A stretch of 64,000 bases of DNA. It comes from an uncultured Planctomycetales bacterium. GTDB taxonomy: Bacteria > Omnitrophota > Gorgyraeia > Gygaellales > Profunditerraquicolaceae. Positions 20,184-29,903 of this stretch are shown piece after piece. The notes beneath the pieces were generated by a model, which worked only from the letters and a program-made list of their open reading frames with translations, did not search any database and had not been told where the DNA came from. Location: contig CAYRUB010000002.1 in the NCBI GenBank assembly GCA_964427405.1, positions 4,741 to 68,740 on the forward strand, in the 5' to 3' direction. The stretch's first letter is position 1. Every line of letters begins with the position of its first letter. A program made the position numbers and the translations under genes.

Positions 20184-21187
20184 AAGAAGCTTTACTTTAC
20201 GCCCATTTGGAATCCAGGAAGGTGCATTGTCAGCTTTGCAGCCATGGCTGTATAATTCAAGAAGGAAAATTCGGTTTTTGCGGAGTAAGACAGAATATCA
20301 AGGGGATTTTATATACTCATAACTATGCCAAACTGGTTGCCGCTAACGTTGATCCGGTTGAAAAGAAACCGCTGTATCATTTTCTCCCCGGCAGCCTTGC
20401 TTTTTCTGTTGCCGGTGCGGGGTGTAATTTTCGTTGCGGCTTTTGCCAGAATTGGGAGATATCCCAGTTTAACCCCTCTAGTCAGCAGTTAGGAGAGGAT
20501 TTTAGCGCGGAGAAAGTTATCAGCTTAGCCAAACAGAATAACTGTAAAAGTATAGCTTATACTTACACTGAACCCACGGTTTATTTTGAGTTTGCTTTAG
20601 AAACAGCAAGGCTGGCAAAAGAAGCGGGTTTGTATAATATATTTGTAAGCAATGGTTATATGTCTGGCGAGGCTATCAACTTGCTTAAGCCTTATTTGGA
20701 TGCGGCTAACATTGATTTAAAGTTTTTTAAAGATAGTTCTTATCAAAAGATTTGCTCTGCCCATCTTCAGCCGGTGCTTGATTCAATCTTACGGCTAAAG
20801 GATGCCGGAATCTGGGTTGAGATTACTACCTTGGTGATTCCTGGCGAGAATGATTCCCCGGATGAGCTTTCCGGAATTGCCAACTTTATCGCTGGAGCAG
20901 GTAGAGATATCCCGTGGCATGTCTCCCGATTCCATGCGGATTATAAATTTGACGCTTATCAAGACACTCCGGAGCATACTCTTAAATTGGCTTGTAATTT
21001 AGGCAATGCCGCTGGGTTACGTTATATTTATGCCGGTAATGTTAGTTGGGGGCAGGATACCCTGTGTCCTGTATGCAAGAAAGTGCTTATAAAAAGGGAA
21101 GGGTTCGGGGTAAGCAAGTTGCATATAGCGAAAAACAGGTGCATTTTTTGCCAGGCAGATTTAGCCGGGATTTTTAACCCCGCTTAA
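20180..21187 (+). CDS. AmmeMemoRadiSam-system-type radical SAM enzyme (PFL-activase-like)
   Basis: N-terminal CxxC pairs and a CNFRCGFC radical-SAM cluster motif. Its start codon overlaps the upstream stop (ATGA). Confidence 0.75.
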   Translation: MKEALLYAHLESRKVHCQLCSHGCIIQEGKFGFCGVRQNIKGILYTHNYAKLVAANVDPVEKKPLYHFLPGSLAFSVAGAGCNFRCGFCQNWEISQFNPSSQQLGEDFSAEKVISLAKQNNCKSIAYTYTEPTVYFEFALETARLAKEAGLYNIFVSNGYMSGEAINLLKPYLDAANIDLKFFKDSSYQKICSAHLQPVLDSILRLKDAGIWVEITTLVIPGENDSPDELSGIANFIAGAGRDIPWHVSRFHADYKFDAYQDTPEHTLKLACNLGNAAGLRYIYAGNVSWGQDTLCPVCKKVLIKREGFGVSKLHIAKNRCIFCQADLAGIFNPA

Positions 21188-21275
21188 GCTCCGGATTAGT
21201 GCTTTAAGCCTTAAAAATGATATTGACAACCATAGGGCTTAGGGGTAAACTAATTTAATTAAATCAACTTACCTT

Positions 21276-21312
21276 AATATTGCCCCTGTTAGGCAGCAGG
21301 GGCAATATTTTA
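21276..21312 (+). terminator. strong hairpin (13-bp stem) 9 nt upstream of the next start codon; either a terminator or an attenuator
   Basis: AATATTGCCCCTG ... CAGGGGCAATATT followed by TTTACC. Confidence 0.45.
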
Positions 21313-21320
21313 CCTTATAT

Positions 21321-21995
21321 ATGTTGGATAAAAATAATCAATTTAATCCTAAAAAGTGCATTGTATTTTTTGATTTTGATAATACTATCGCCACCTGCGA
21401 TGTGTTTGATAATATGCTTTTACTTTTCTCGCGGGATGACCGTTGGGTAGAATTAGAAAAAAGGTGGAAAAGCGGCAGGATTGGTTCAAAGACCTGCATG
21501 GAAGGTCAGCTCAGGGGGATGGATTTGGGCAAGAAGCCCCTGGATGCCTATCTGCCGAAGATAAAGCTCGACCCCTATTTTAAAACACTCTATAAATTTT
21601 TGCAATCCAAGAAAGTAAAAACCGTAGTCTTAAGTGATAACTTTGATTATATACTTAACCAGATTTTAAAAATTAACAAGGTAAAAAAACTTAAAGTTCT
21701 GGCTAATAAATTGAGTTTTTCCCGGGATAAAGTTATTACGGATTATCCTTTCAAAAATAAGGATTGCCAGATTTGCGCGCATTGCAAAACGAAAAATCTT
21801 TTGGCTTCTTCTCCGAAAGGAGCTACAATAATTTACGTTGGGGATGGTACTTCGGATATTTGCCCGGCCAAACATGCTCAGTTGGTTTTCGCAAAGGATA
21901 ATTTACTCAGGTATTTTAAAGATAATAAAATGGAGCACGTGGTTTTTCATAACTTAAAAGAAGTGTTTAACCAACTAAAAAGGAAATTAGCATGA
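21321..21995 (+). CDS. HAD-IB family phosphatase (MtnX/PSPase-like)
   Basis: FFDFDNTI motif, VGDGTSD, and a Cys cluster. Confidence 0.65.
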   Translation: MLDKNNQFNPKKCIVFFDFDNTIATCDVFDNMLLLFSRDDRWVELEKRWKSGRIGSKTCMEGQLRGMDLGKKPLDAYLPKIKLDPYFKTLYKFLQSKKVKTVVLSDNFDYILNQILKINKVKKLKVLANKLSFSRDKVITDYPFKNKDCQICAHCKTKNLLASSPKGATIIYVGDGTSDICPAKHAQLVFAKDNLLRYFKDNKMEHVVFHNLKEVFNQLKRKLA

Positions 21996-23407
21996 GCCAA
22001 AAGCAATTGACCAAACCGAGCAAGAATGAAAAAACTTTTACCCATGATCAGCTATTGGATTTGGAGGCAAAATACTGTTCCTGGGGAGACACTGTGCATT
22101 ATGCTGAGAAATTAAATGTATTTAAGAGTTCCGAGGGAAGCTATCTCTATGACCAGGAGGGCGTGGAATTCTTAGATTTGCAGATGTGGTATTCGGCAGC
22201 TAATTTTGGGTATAAGAACAAGCGCTTAAACGCCGCGTTAAAAAAACAAATTGATACCTTACCGCAGCTTGCCTGTCAGTATTTACATGAAGAAAAGATC
22301 TTGCTTGCCGCAAAATTGGCGCAGAAGAATGAGCGTACGTTTGAGGAAAAGGGCAGGATCCATTTTAATGTGGGAGGCTCGAGCGCTCTGGAGGATTCCT
22401 TAAAATTAATACGTAACCATTCCGGAAGAAGCCTGGTATTCGCTTTTATGGGAGGTTATCATGGCAGGACGCTAGCGGCATCAGCGATAACTTCAAGTTT
22501 TAGATACAGGGAAAGGTTCGGCCATTTCGGGGACAGGGCAATGTTTATCCCATACCCCTATTGTTTCAGGTGCCCGTATGATAAGAAAAAGGATTTTTGC
22601 GATTTATATTGCCTGAAGCAATTTGAGAAACTTTTTGAGACTGAATATCATTCAGTAGTGAATAAAAAGAACAATAAGTGTGAATTCGTTGCTTTTTATG
22701 CTGAAGCTATCCAGGGCACCGGTGGTTACATTATTCCTCCTCAGGAGTATTTCTCAGGGTTAAAAGAAATATTGGATCGTTATGGCATTCTTTTTATTGA
22801 TGATGAGATACAGATGGGCTTTTTCCGCACAGGTAAGTTCTGGGCGATTGAACATTTTAATATTACTCCTGATATTATTGTTTTTGGTAAAGCTTTAACT
22901 AACGGATTAAATCCTATTTCAGGAGTTTGGGCAAAAGAAAAACTTATTTCACCGGATGTTTTTCCCCCGGGCTCAACCCATGCGACATTCTCAAGTAATC
23001 CTTTGGGAACGGCAGTAGGCCTTGAGGTAATGAAATTGATAGAAGAGTCTGATTTTTCTACATCTGTGCCTAAGAAGGGGCAGTATTTTATCTCGCGACT
23101 TAAAAAACTGCAGAAGAAATACCCGCAGATAGGTGATGTGGATGGGGTTGGCTTGGCTTTAAGAATAGAGATGTGCGAGAAAGACGGTTATACTCCAAAT
23201 AAAGAGTTGACTGATAAGATTGTAAACTTAGGGTTAAGCGGGTCTTTAAATGTAGATGGAAAACAGCGCGGCTTGATTCTGGATGTCGGCGGTTATTATA
23301 AGAATGTTTTTACTATTGCCCCCTCATTCTATATTACTGAAAAAGAGATCGACCTGGGAATAGAGCTTTTTGAAGAGGCGTTAAATAAGGCGTTGAAGAA
23401 ATCGTAA
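21992..23407 (+). CDS. class-III (PLP) aminotransferase
   Basis: Fold-type I class-III motifs, including a lysine in the FGKALTNG region. 471 aa with an extended N-terminus. Confidence 0.75.
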   Translation: MSQKQLTKPSKNEKTFTHDQLLDLEAKYCSWGDTVHYAEKLNVFKSSEGSYLYDQEGVEFLDLQMWYSAANFGYKNKRLNAALKKQIDTLPQLACQYLHEEKILLAAKLAQKNERTFEEKGRIHFNVGGSSALEDSLKLIRNHSGRSLVFAFMGGYHGRTLAASAITSSFRYRERFGHFGDRAMFIPYPYCFRCPYDKKKDFCDLYCLKQFEKLFETEYHSVVNKKNNKCEFVAFYAEAIQGTGGYIIPPQEYFSGLKEILDRYGILFIDDEIQMGFFRTGKFWAIEHFNITPDIIVFGKALTNGLNPISGVWAKEKLISPDVFPPGSTHATFSSNPLGTAVGLEVMKLIEESDFSTSVPKKGQYFISRLKKLQKKYPQIGDVDGVGLALRIEMCEKDGYTPNKELTDKIVNLGLSGSLNVDGKQRGLILDVGGYYKNVFTIAPSFYITEKEIDLGIELFEEALNKALKKS

Positions 23408-23449
23408 TCTTTAGCTTCTCGTTTAAAAAGCAGGAGCTAAATTTCCTGC

Positions 23450-24379
23450 ATGCTGAATAAAGCTATCCGTATTTTAAATTTTGATAACAGCATTATCCCG
23501 CAGTCTAAACTTCTTTGCCAGTATACGGCAAAGGTGCTTGATTTTACCGGCCTGGCTTCTTCCGCCAGGCTTTTTATGTCAGGGAGAGTACGTCAACAAA
23601 TAGCGGATTGCCTTAATCCCCAAGAGAAAAATTATCCTACCTTCTTAGGTTCGGGAGATTTCCATCATATCAGCGAAACATTAACAGCCCAGATTAATGA
23701 ACCAGCCTGTTTGGTTGTATTTGATTTTCATCCGGATTGGGATATTCTGCCTCCGCGTTTTGGTTGTGGATCATGGGTTAGCCAGGCCCTGAAAAATAAG
23801 AATATTCTTAAATGCGTACTTATCGGCATGGGGTCTGACGATTTATCTGGTCTTGCATTGCAAACAGGTAATTTGGCTGCCTTAGCTGATAACCGCCTGG
23901 AAATTTATCCTTTCAGGCATAAGCCCAGCCGGGTTTATTTCAGGCCCGTAGCAGAAAATAACTCCATTGTTACCAAAAAAGGTTTTTTTTCAAACAGAAT
24001 TATATGGCATGAGTTGGAAAGGGAAGATTTAGCTGAATTTACCTTAAGGCTAATCAAGCGTTTGCCCACGCAGAAGGTTTATATCTCAATAGATAAGGAT
24101 TGCCTTAAAAGCGATTATGCGCTTACTAATTGGGAAGAGGGGGTTTTGCGCTTGGATCAACTTCTAGTCATGATTAAACTTATGCGCGATAATTTGGATA
24201 TAATCGGTTTAGATATAACGGGAGATTATTCAGCTCCGCTAATTCCGGGCAGACTAAAAGCTATGCTTTCCAGGCTTGATCATCCTAAGGGGGTTGCAGC
24301 AGATAACCGCACCAAGGAGTTAATCCTTAAGGTTAACGAACAGACTAATCTAAAAATCCTCCAAGAAATATTTCCTTAA
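23450..24379 (+). CDS. arginase/agmatinase/formiminoglutamase-fold (ureohydrolase) protein
   Basis: GSGDFHHIS, VFDFHPD and SIDKDCLKSDYA correspond to the three arginase-family metal motifs. Confidence 0.55.
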   Translation: MLNKAIRILNFDNSIIPQSKLLCQYTAKVLDFTGLASSARLFMSGRVRQQIADCLNPQEKNYPTFLGSGDFHHISETLTAQINEPACLVVFDFHPDWDILPPRFGCGSWVSQALKNKNILKCVLIGMGSDDLSGLALQTGNLAALADNRLEIYPFRHKPSRVYFRPVAENNSIVTKKGFFSNRIIWHELEREDLAEFTLRLIKRLPTQKVYISIDKDCLKSDYALTNWEEGVLRLDQLLVMIKLMRDNLDIIGLDITGDYSAPLIPGRLKAMLSRLDHPKGVAADNRTKELILKVNEQTNLKILQEIFP

Positions 24380-25239
24380 ACTTTGTATTTCTCAAAAAAG
24401 GCTACGGTTTTTTCGGCAACTTTATCTCTCTCTTGGTCTGCAGTAATAATGTGGTAGGAATTCTCCAGGAAGATTATTTCTTTTTCCCGGGAACTGATGC
24501 GGTTATAAATACAATAGGAATTTTTTGGGCTGGTTACATCATCTTCTCTTGCCTGCAATAGCTGTATTGGCGTTCGTATATCTTTAAGTATAGAAATTAC
24601 TTTTCTTGCCAAAAGTGAATTTTGGTACATACAGGATACCGGAATTACCGGATAGCCGTAAAGATGCACCTTGCTGTAATCAAACAAGTCAGCGTCCTTA
24701 TAGAAACTTTCAACTTTAGAACGCAGGCGCTCATTTTTCAGTCCGTAAGGGTATTCTTCTTTAAAATACAGCCAGTATTTAAAGGGAGTTTTGTAAACTA
24801 AGGGAAGGAAAATTCTGGATTTGGGATTACCCCAGCCATCGTAGAATAATGTAGGGGAGAAACAGTTTAGCGCCTTTACTTTATCAGGAAATTCATGCGT
24901 GAGCAATATCCCGATTAAAGCGCCGAAAGACAAGCCCGCCACAAAGATATTTTCGTAATCATTCGCATATTTAACAAATTCATTACGTATAGAATTATAA
25001 AGCTCGACCCAGGTAGTTCTTTTAAGGCAGGAGATGGATTTATCATGGTTGACCATTAACGGGCTGGCTACGGAGAATCCTTGTTTATTTAAACGCTGGG
25101 CAATAGAGCCCATCTCTTTAGGCGTGCCGGTTAGTCCGTGTATTAAGAAGCACAGGTTTTTATCTCCCGGTAGAAAAAAGCTGGTGTCCGGGATATCGGT
25201 GATTAAACGCTTGTCTTCTTTAGTTGAAAAAATTATCAT
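24376..25239 (-). CDS. alpha/beta-hydrolase (esterase/lipase)
   Basis: HGLTG oxyanion region and a GLSFG nucleophile elbow. Confidence 0.7.
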   Translation of the reverse strand: MIIFSTKEDKRLITDIPDTSFFLPGDKNLCFLIHGLTGTPKEMGSIAQRLNKQGFSVASPLMVNHDKSISCLKRTTWVELYNSIRNEFVKYANDYENIFVAGLSFGALIGILLTHEFPDKVKALNCFSPTLFYDGWGNPKSRIFLPLVYKTPFKYWLYFKEEYPYGLKNERLRSKVESFYKDADLFDYSKVHLYGYPVIPVSCMYQNSLLARKVISILKDIRTPIQLLQAREDDVTSPKNSYCIYNRISSREKEIIFLENSYHIITADQERDKVAEKTVAFFEKYKV

Positions 25240-25276
25240 ATTATCCTTTACATTTTTTTCGGCAGGAGAAAGAGGG

Positions 25277-26509
25277 TTATCTTCCGTGCGTGATTTCTTT
25301 AAGTTTACTGGTTATCTTCTCTAAATCGGATTTTGTTAAAAATCCGCTTGTGGTTAAGGTGATGGTTCTTTGTGCAAGGCTCCTGGCTTGTTCGCAAGCT
25401 ATCTCAGGGATAATACCCTTTAAATAATCGTAATCCGTAATTGCATGCAAATACACTTGAGATACCCCCAGCCCGGAATTCTTAAAAATATTTAGGGCAG
25501 AGGTCCTTTTTTCTGGTTTATCAAAAACAAGAGTAAGGTAAGGATAGCTTGCTTTTGTCTGCGATAGTTCCGTAATAGGTTTGATCCCGGAAAGATCTTT
25601 GAGTGCCTTTAAATAATAATCCGTTTTTTCCCTTTGTCCAGCCATTTCTTTGCTTAAGAGAGGAAAGTTAAGATGTCCTATATATTCCCTAAAAACAGAA
25701 ACCTTATGTACCGGGAAATCAGGTGTAAAATATTCCCCCATTGCTTTTATGGGATTATTGCGCATCTGCCAGAATATCTGCGGTAATCTAAAGGCAAACC
25801 AAAATAAAGCCGGCTGGTAGAAAATACTATAAGCAAACAACTCCGCTATTTTTAAATACTCGGAGAAAGTATCCTGATGCAGGATTTCTTTCGCGGTGTC
25901 CTCTAGCAGTTGGGCATATTTTGCTTGGTTGGTTATTGCTAAACCGCCTTCATAAATAGTCAGGCCTTTTCCCCGGCAGAGGCTGAAAAAGGAAAAATCT
26001 CCGATTGAGCCTGTTTTTCTGCCTTTGTATTCAGCTCCCAGGCTTTGCGCGCAATCTTCAATAATAAAAATATTATTTTCCCTGGTTATTTTCTCGATGT
26101 TTTCCAGTTCTAAGGGTATTCCTGCCAGGTGTACGGCGAGTACCGCCAAGATGTTTTTATCTTCAGCGCAGATTTTGCGTAATTTATTTATATCGAAATC
26201 AAAGTTATGCGTATTTATGTCGCAAGGAATTATCTTTAGGCCAGCTTTTTTTATTGCTAAGGGGATCAGGGGGCAAACAAAAGCAGGAATGATTACTGTT
26301 TTTCTGCCGGAGAGTTTCTTTATGCTCTCCAGTATCAGGTAAAATGCGGCGGTTCCGGAATAAGTAAGCAGGGCAGAAGGAGCGTTTAAATATCTTTTAA
26401 AGTCTTCTTCCAGCAACCCTTTAGGCAGTCTTTTAAAAAGAGGGGGGAGTAAACTTTTAGTTTTAATCGGCCAGCCTGCGGTTGGCGGGATTTCTCTGTA
26501 TAGGCTCAA
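25277..26509 (-). CDS. DegT/DnrJ/EryC1/StrS-family sugar aminotransferase (ArnB-like)
   Basis: Characteristic PLP-lysine region (FSFFSLCRGKGL). Confidence 0.75.
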   Translation of the reverse strand: MSLYREIPPTAGWPIKTKSLLPPLFKRLPKGLLEEDFKRYLNAPSALLTYSGTAAFYLILESIKKLSGRKTVIIPAFVCPLIPLAIKKAGLKIIPCDINTHNFDFDINKLRKICAEDKNILAVLAVHLAGIPLELENIEKITRENNIFIIEDCAQSLGAEYKGRKTGSIGDFSFFSLCRGKGLTIYEGGLAITNQAKYAQLLEDTAKEILHQDTFSEYLKIAELFAYSIFYQPALFWFAFRLPQIFWQMRNNPIKAMGEYFTPDFPVHKVSVFREYIGHLNFPLLSKEMAGQREKTDYYLKALKDLSGIKPITELSQTKASYPYLTLVFDKPEKRTSALNIFKNSGLGVSQVYLHAITDYDYLKGIIPEIACEQARSLAQRTITLTTSGFLTKSDLEKITSKLKEITHGR

Positions 26510-26599
26510 ATTTAAATTCCTTTTTTCTCACACACTTGTCTATTCTATGCTAAAATAGACAGAAATTCAAGATAACTCTCGGGAATTTTAAATTAACCT

Positions 26600-26683
26600 A
26601 TGGCTTTGCCTATCGGAGGGCAAACCATAGTTTTCTAACTTATGGCTTTGCTTAATGGAAGGCAAACCATGATTCTCTAATCT
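26600..26683 (+). repeat. exact 42-nt tandem duplication (2 units) containing an ATG and 12-codon mini-ORFs, in phase with the downstream gene start
   Basis: ATGs fall at 26600, 26642 and 26684. Each unit has a TTTGCC/GGCAAA hairpin and ends CTAAYYT before the ATG. Confidence 0.7.
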
Positions 26684-27805
26684 ATGCCAAAGATTACCTA
26701 TAAGATATACGACAGTATTAATAAGATTGATCAAAAAGACTGGGATGCTGTTTTCGGTGATATCCCGGAGAGCTATACATTTTATAAGGCCCTGGGTAAT
26801 TCTGACCTCGTTGAATTTGTTTTTTATTACCTGGTTATTTATCGCGATAATGAAATTGTGCTTATCGCTCCATTGTTTAGCGCGGATTTTAACTTAGACA
26901 TCGCCGTTGAGGGCTTACTTTTAAGGATTATTAAATTAATCCGCAAGGTCTTCCCGCGCTTTTTGATCCTTAAAACATTATTCTGCGGTTCGCCTTTTGG
27001 GGAACATGGAGTCTTGGGGATCAAAGAGGATTTTCGTCTTAACCCTGAACTTATCCCGCAGCTTTTAACAGGCATAAAAGATTTAGCGTTTAAGCTCGGG
27101 GCCCCTCTGACTATCTTTAAAGACTTCTTAAGAGGTAGTACGTTATTACTGGATCTCTTGAGGCACAAAGGATTTACTAAGGTAGAAAGTTTTCCCACTG
27201 TACTTTTAGACCTAAATTTTTCTTCTTTTGAAGAATATCTAAAAAGCTTAGGCGGTTCAACCCGTAAGAGTTTAAACAAGAAGCTAAGGCAGGCCTATGC
27301 CCGGGGTAACATTGAGGTTAAGCTAGTTCAGGATGTCAGCAGCCAGATTGATCAGATAATTAAACTTTATGAAAGTACTTACCATAGCGGCTCGACCAAA
27401 TTCGAACGACTTACTAAGAAGTTCTTTTTGCAGGTGTCAGATGACCTGTATGCGCACACGCGTTTCTTCCTTTATTATGTAGATGGCTCCTTGGCTGCTT
27501 TTAACCTTTGTTTTATCTATAAAGATTTACTCATTGATAAATTTATTGGTTTCAATTATGATATATCCAACCGATATAATCTGTATTTCGTCAGCTGGGC
27601 GTATAATATCAAGTGGTGTATAGATAATTCTTTGCGCTATTATCATCCGGGGCAGACGGATTATGAGCCGAAGATCAGGCTGGGCGGAAAAATTATTCCG
27701 CTTTACGCTTATTTAAAACATAAAAATATCTTTTTTAACCTCCTGCTTAAATTATTGGCGCTGTTGCTAAAACCCGATAATTTTGATAAGGATATTAGGA
27801 AGTAG
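26684..27805 (+). CDS. FemAB-like/GNAT-fold acyltransferase (BioF2-like / PEP-CTERM-associated FemAB-related family)
   Basis: Size and a C-terminal GNAT-like half. Assigned by family resemblance, not a verified match. Confidence 0.5.
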   Translation: MPKITYKIYDSINKIDQKDWDAVFGDIPESYTFYKALGNSDLVEFVFYYLVIYRDNEIVLIAPLFSADFNLDIAVEGLLLRIIKLIRKVFPRFLILKTLFCGSPFGEHGVLGIKEDFRLNPELIPQLLTGIKDLAFKLGAPLTIFKDFLRGSTLLLDLLRHKGFTKVESFPTVLLDLNFSSFEEYLKSLGGSTRKSLNKKLRQAYARGNIEVKLVQDVSSQIDQIIKLYESTYHSGSTKFERLTKKFFLQVSDDLYAHTRFFLYYVDGSLAAFNLCFIYKDLLIDKFIGFNYDISNRYNLYFVSWAYNIKWCIDNSLRYYHPGQTDYEPKIRLGGKIIPLYAYLKHKNIFFNLLLKLLALLLKPDNFDKDIRK

Positions 27806-27810
27806 GGTTC

Positions 27811-28227
27811 ATGTTTAAAAAGAAGGTCACGCTAAAAATATTGCTATTGCTTATTACCAGCGACATACTGGAAACAGCAATACATTTCTTTTTTAAGAAA
27901 GGTGCTTTAGCCGAAGCTCAATTTTCGGTAGTTGATATGCCTAGTGCGCTAGTTTTTCTTAAAGCGGTCTTCTCTTCGCCATTTTTATGGGCCGGGTTGT
28001 TAACGGTGGTTGCGGTATTTGTCATCTGGTCTACAATCCTTTCTAAAATAGACTTAAGCGTAGCCGTGCCTATTGCCAGTTTTAGCTATATCCTTGTTCC
28101 GGTGGTCTCGGTTATTTTTCTACATGAACAGATCTCCGCTTTAAGATGGATGGGGATATTGCTTATTCTTGCGGGAGTTATCCTTGTTTCTTTAAGTAGC
28201 AAAGAAAGGATCGCGCAGAGCAAATGA
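27811..28227 (+). CDS. small 4-TM DMT/SMR-like protein (ArnE-like flippase subunit)
   Basis: 138 aa with 4 TM helices, translationally coupled to the next gene. Confidence 0.55.
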   Translation: MFKKKVTLKILLLLITSDILETAIHFFFKKGALAEAQFSVVDMPSALVFLKAVFSSPFLWAGLLTVVAVFVIWSTILSKIDLSVAVPIASFSYILVPVVSVIFLHEQISALRWMGILLILAGVILVSLSSKERIAQSK

Positions 28228-28607
28228 GAGAAGGGCTGCTGATTACTCTTTTTATGATTTCCTTAACCAGCCTTTGCGATACCATAAACCAGCTGTTTTT
28301 GAAGTCGGCGATAGACTCTTTGAATTTTGGGGGGAAATTCAATTTTGTCAGGATATTTAAATTTATCTTCCAGCTATTGATTAAGCCCCGAATTTGGCTG
28401 AGCTTTGTATTTAGCGTAATATCATTATGTATTTGGCTGCTCGTACTTTCCAGGGCGGATCTTAACTTTGCTTTTTCTGCCGACAGCATGCATTATATCT
28501 TCATTGCCCTGGCATCCAGGTTTATTTTAAAAGAGAGGTTTACTTCTCTGCGCTGGTTGGGCACCGGGTTAATCGTTACGGGAATTGTTTTTGTAAGTTT
28601 AAGCTAG
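28224..28607 (+). CDS. small 4-TM DMT/SMR-like protein (ArnF-like flippase subunit)
   Basis: 127 aa with 4 TM helices, paired with the previous gene. Confidence 0.55.
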   Translation: MREGLLITLFMISLTSLCDTINQLFLKSAIDSLNFGGKFNFVRIFKFIFQLLIKPRIWLSFVFSVISLCIWLLVLSRADLNFAFSADSMHYIFIALASRFILKERFTSLRWLGTGLIVTGIVFVSLS

Positions 28608-28634
28608 AGTCAACAAGAGGCTTAGAGGTTAAGT

Positions 28635-29903
28635 ATGGAACCCAAAATTATAGCACTATTAGTTTTTATTATTTCTTACATCTTATTTGTAATTCTTCCG
28701 CAAAAGCGCACGATAGTTGCTTTGACCGCAAGCCTCTTGCTTGTTTTAACCCAGGCTATTTCTTTTAAGGAGGCCTTTCTGGCGGTTAACTGGAATGTTA
28801 TGGGGATATTTGTAGGTACCTTAATTATCGCCGATGTGTTTATGCAGAGCAGGGTCCCTGCTTATATTGCTGAAATAATTGTTGATAAGGCCAAAAATAC
28901 TACCTGGTCAATTTTGTTTATTTGTTTATTAACCGGCATTATCTCTGCGTTTGTGGAAAATGTGGCTACGGTGTTAATTGTTGCTCCTATAGCCTTTGCC
29001 CTGGCTAAAAAACTTAAAATTAACCCTACTAATATGATGATTGCCATTGCTGTTTCCAGTAATCTGCAGGGCACAGCAACCTTGATTGGGGATCCGCCGA
29101 GCATGCTTTTAGGTGGTTTTGCCATGATGAATTTCGGGGACTTCTTTTTTTATAAAGGTAAGCCGAGCATATTCTTTGCCGTAGAATTAGGAGCCTTGGT
29201 TTCTTTTTTTGTGCTTTATTTCATATTCAGCAAACATAAAGAAAAGGCTCAGCTTGTCCCGGTTGAAAAGGTAAAATCATGGGTGCCTACGATTTTGCTG
29301 GTGAGCCTGATTATTTTGCTGGCATTATCCTCATTCCTGGATACGGGTTTTAGCTATATGGCCGGTCAAATTTGTATGATTTTTGGTATTATTGCCTTAC
29401 TCTGGGAAAAGTTTGTAAATAGGCGCTCAATAGTTGCCGGGATGAAAGGGCTCGACTGGGATACGACCTTTTTTCTTATGGGTATCTTTATTATCGTGGG
29501 GGCGCTTTCCGCTACCGGATGGATTGAGGTATTAGCTGATTATCTGGCCGGTCTTGTCGGCGGGAATATATTCTTAGGCTACACCGCGATAGTTTTTCTT
29601 TCGGTAGTCCTTTCTGCGTTTATTGATAATGTCCCTTTTCTGGCTGCTATGTTGCCGGTTGCGATGATTATGTCCAGCAAGCTGCAGGTTAATCCTGCTT
29701 TATTTCTTTTTGGTCTGCTTATTGGCGCCAGCCTCGGTGGTAATATTACCCCTATTGGCGCCTCGGCTAATATTGTTGCCTGTGGCCTGCTTAAAAAGGA
29801 AGGATACCCGGTTAAATTTACGGATTTTATGAAAATAGGAATTCCTTTTACAATTGCTGCGGTAGCTGCTGCGTACCTGTTCATTTGGTTTATTTGGAGT
29901 TAA
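28635..29903 (+). CDS. ArsB/NhaD/CitMHS-superfamily ion permease (paralog of the gene at 14905)
   Basis: GGNITPIGASANIVA motif and about 11 TM segments. Confidence 0.7.
   Translation: MEPKIIALLVFIISYILFVILPQKRTIVALTASLLLVLTQAISFKEAFLAVNWNVMGIFVGTLIIADVFMQSRVPAYIAEIIVDKAKNTTWSILFICLLTGIISAFVENVATVLIVAPIAFALAKKLKINPTNMMIAIAVSSNLQGTATLIGDPPSMLLGGFAMMNFGDFFFYKGKPSIFFAVELGALVSFFVLYFIFSKHKEKAQLVPVEKVKSWVPTILLVSLIILLALSSFLDTGFSYMAGQICMIFGIIALLWEKFVNRRSIVAGMKGLDWDTTFFLMGIFIIVGALSATGWIEVLADYLAGLVGGNIFLGYTAIVFLSVVLSAFIDNVPFLAAMLPVAMIMSSKLQVNPALFLFGLLIGASLGGNITPIGASANIVACGLLKKEGYPVKFTDFMKIGIPFTIAAVAAAYLFIWFIWS

Noticed and set aside
26594-26692. Tandem repeats considered as a possible CRISPR array
   Set aside because: There are only two 42-nt units with no unique spacers and no cas genes anywhere in the window. 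They are better explained as a leader duplication.
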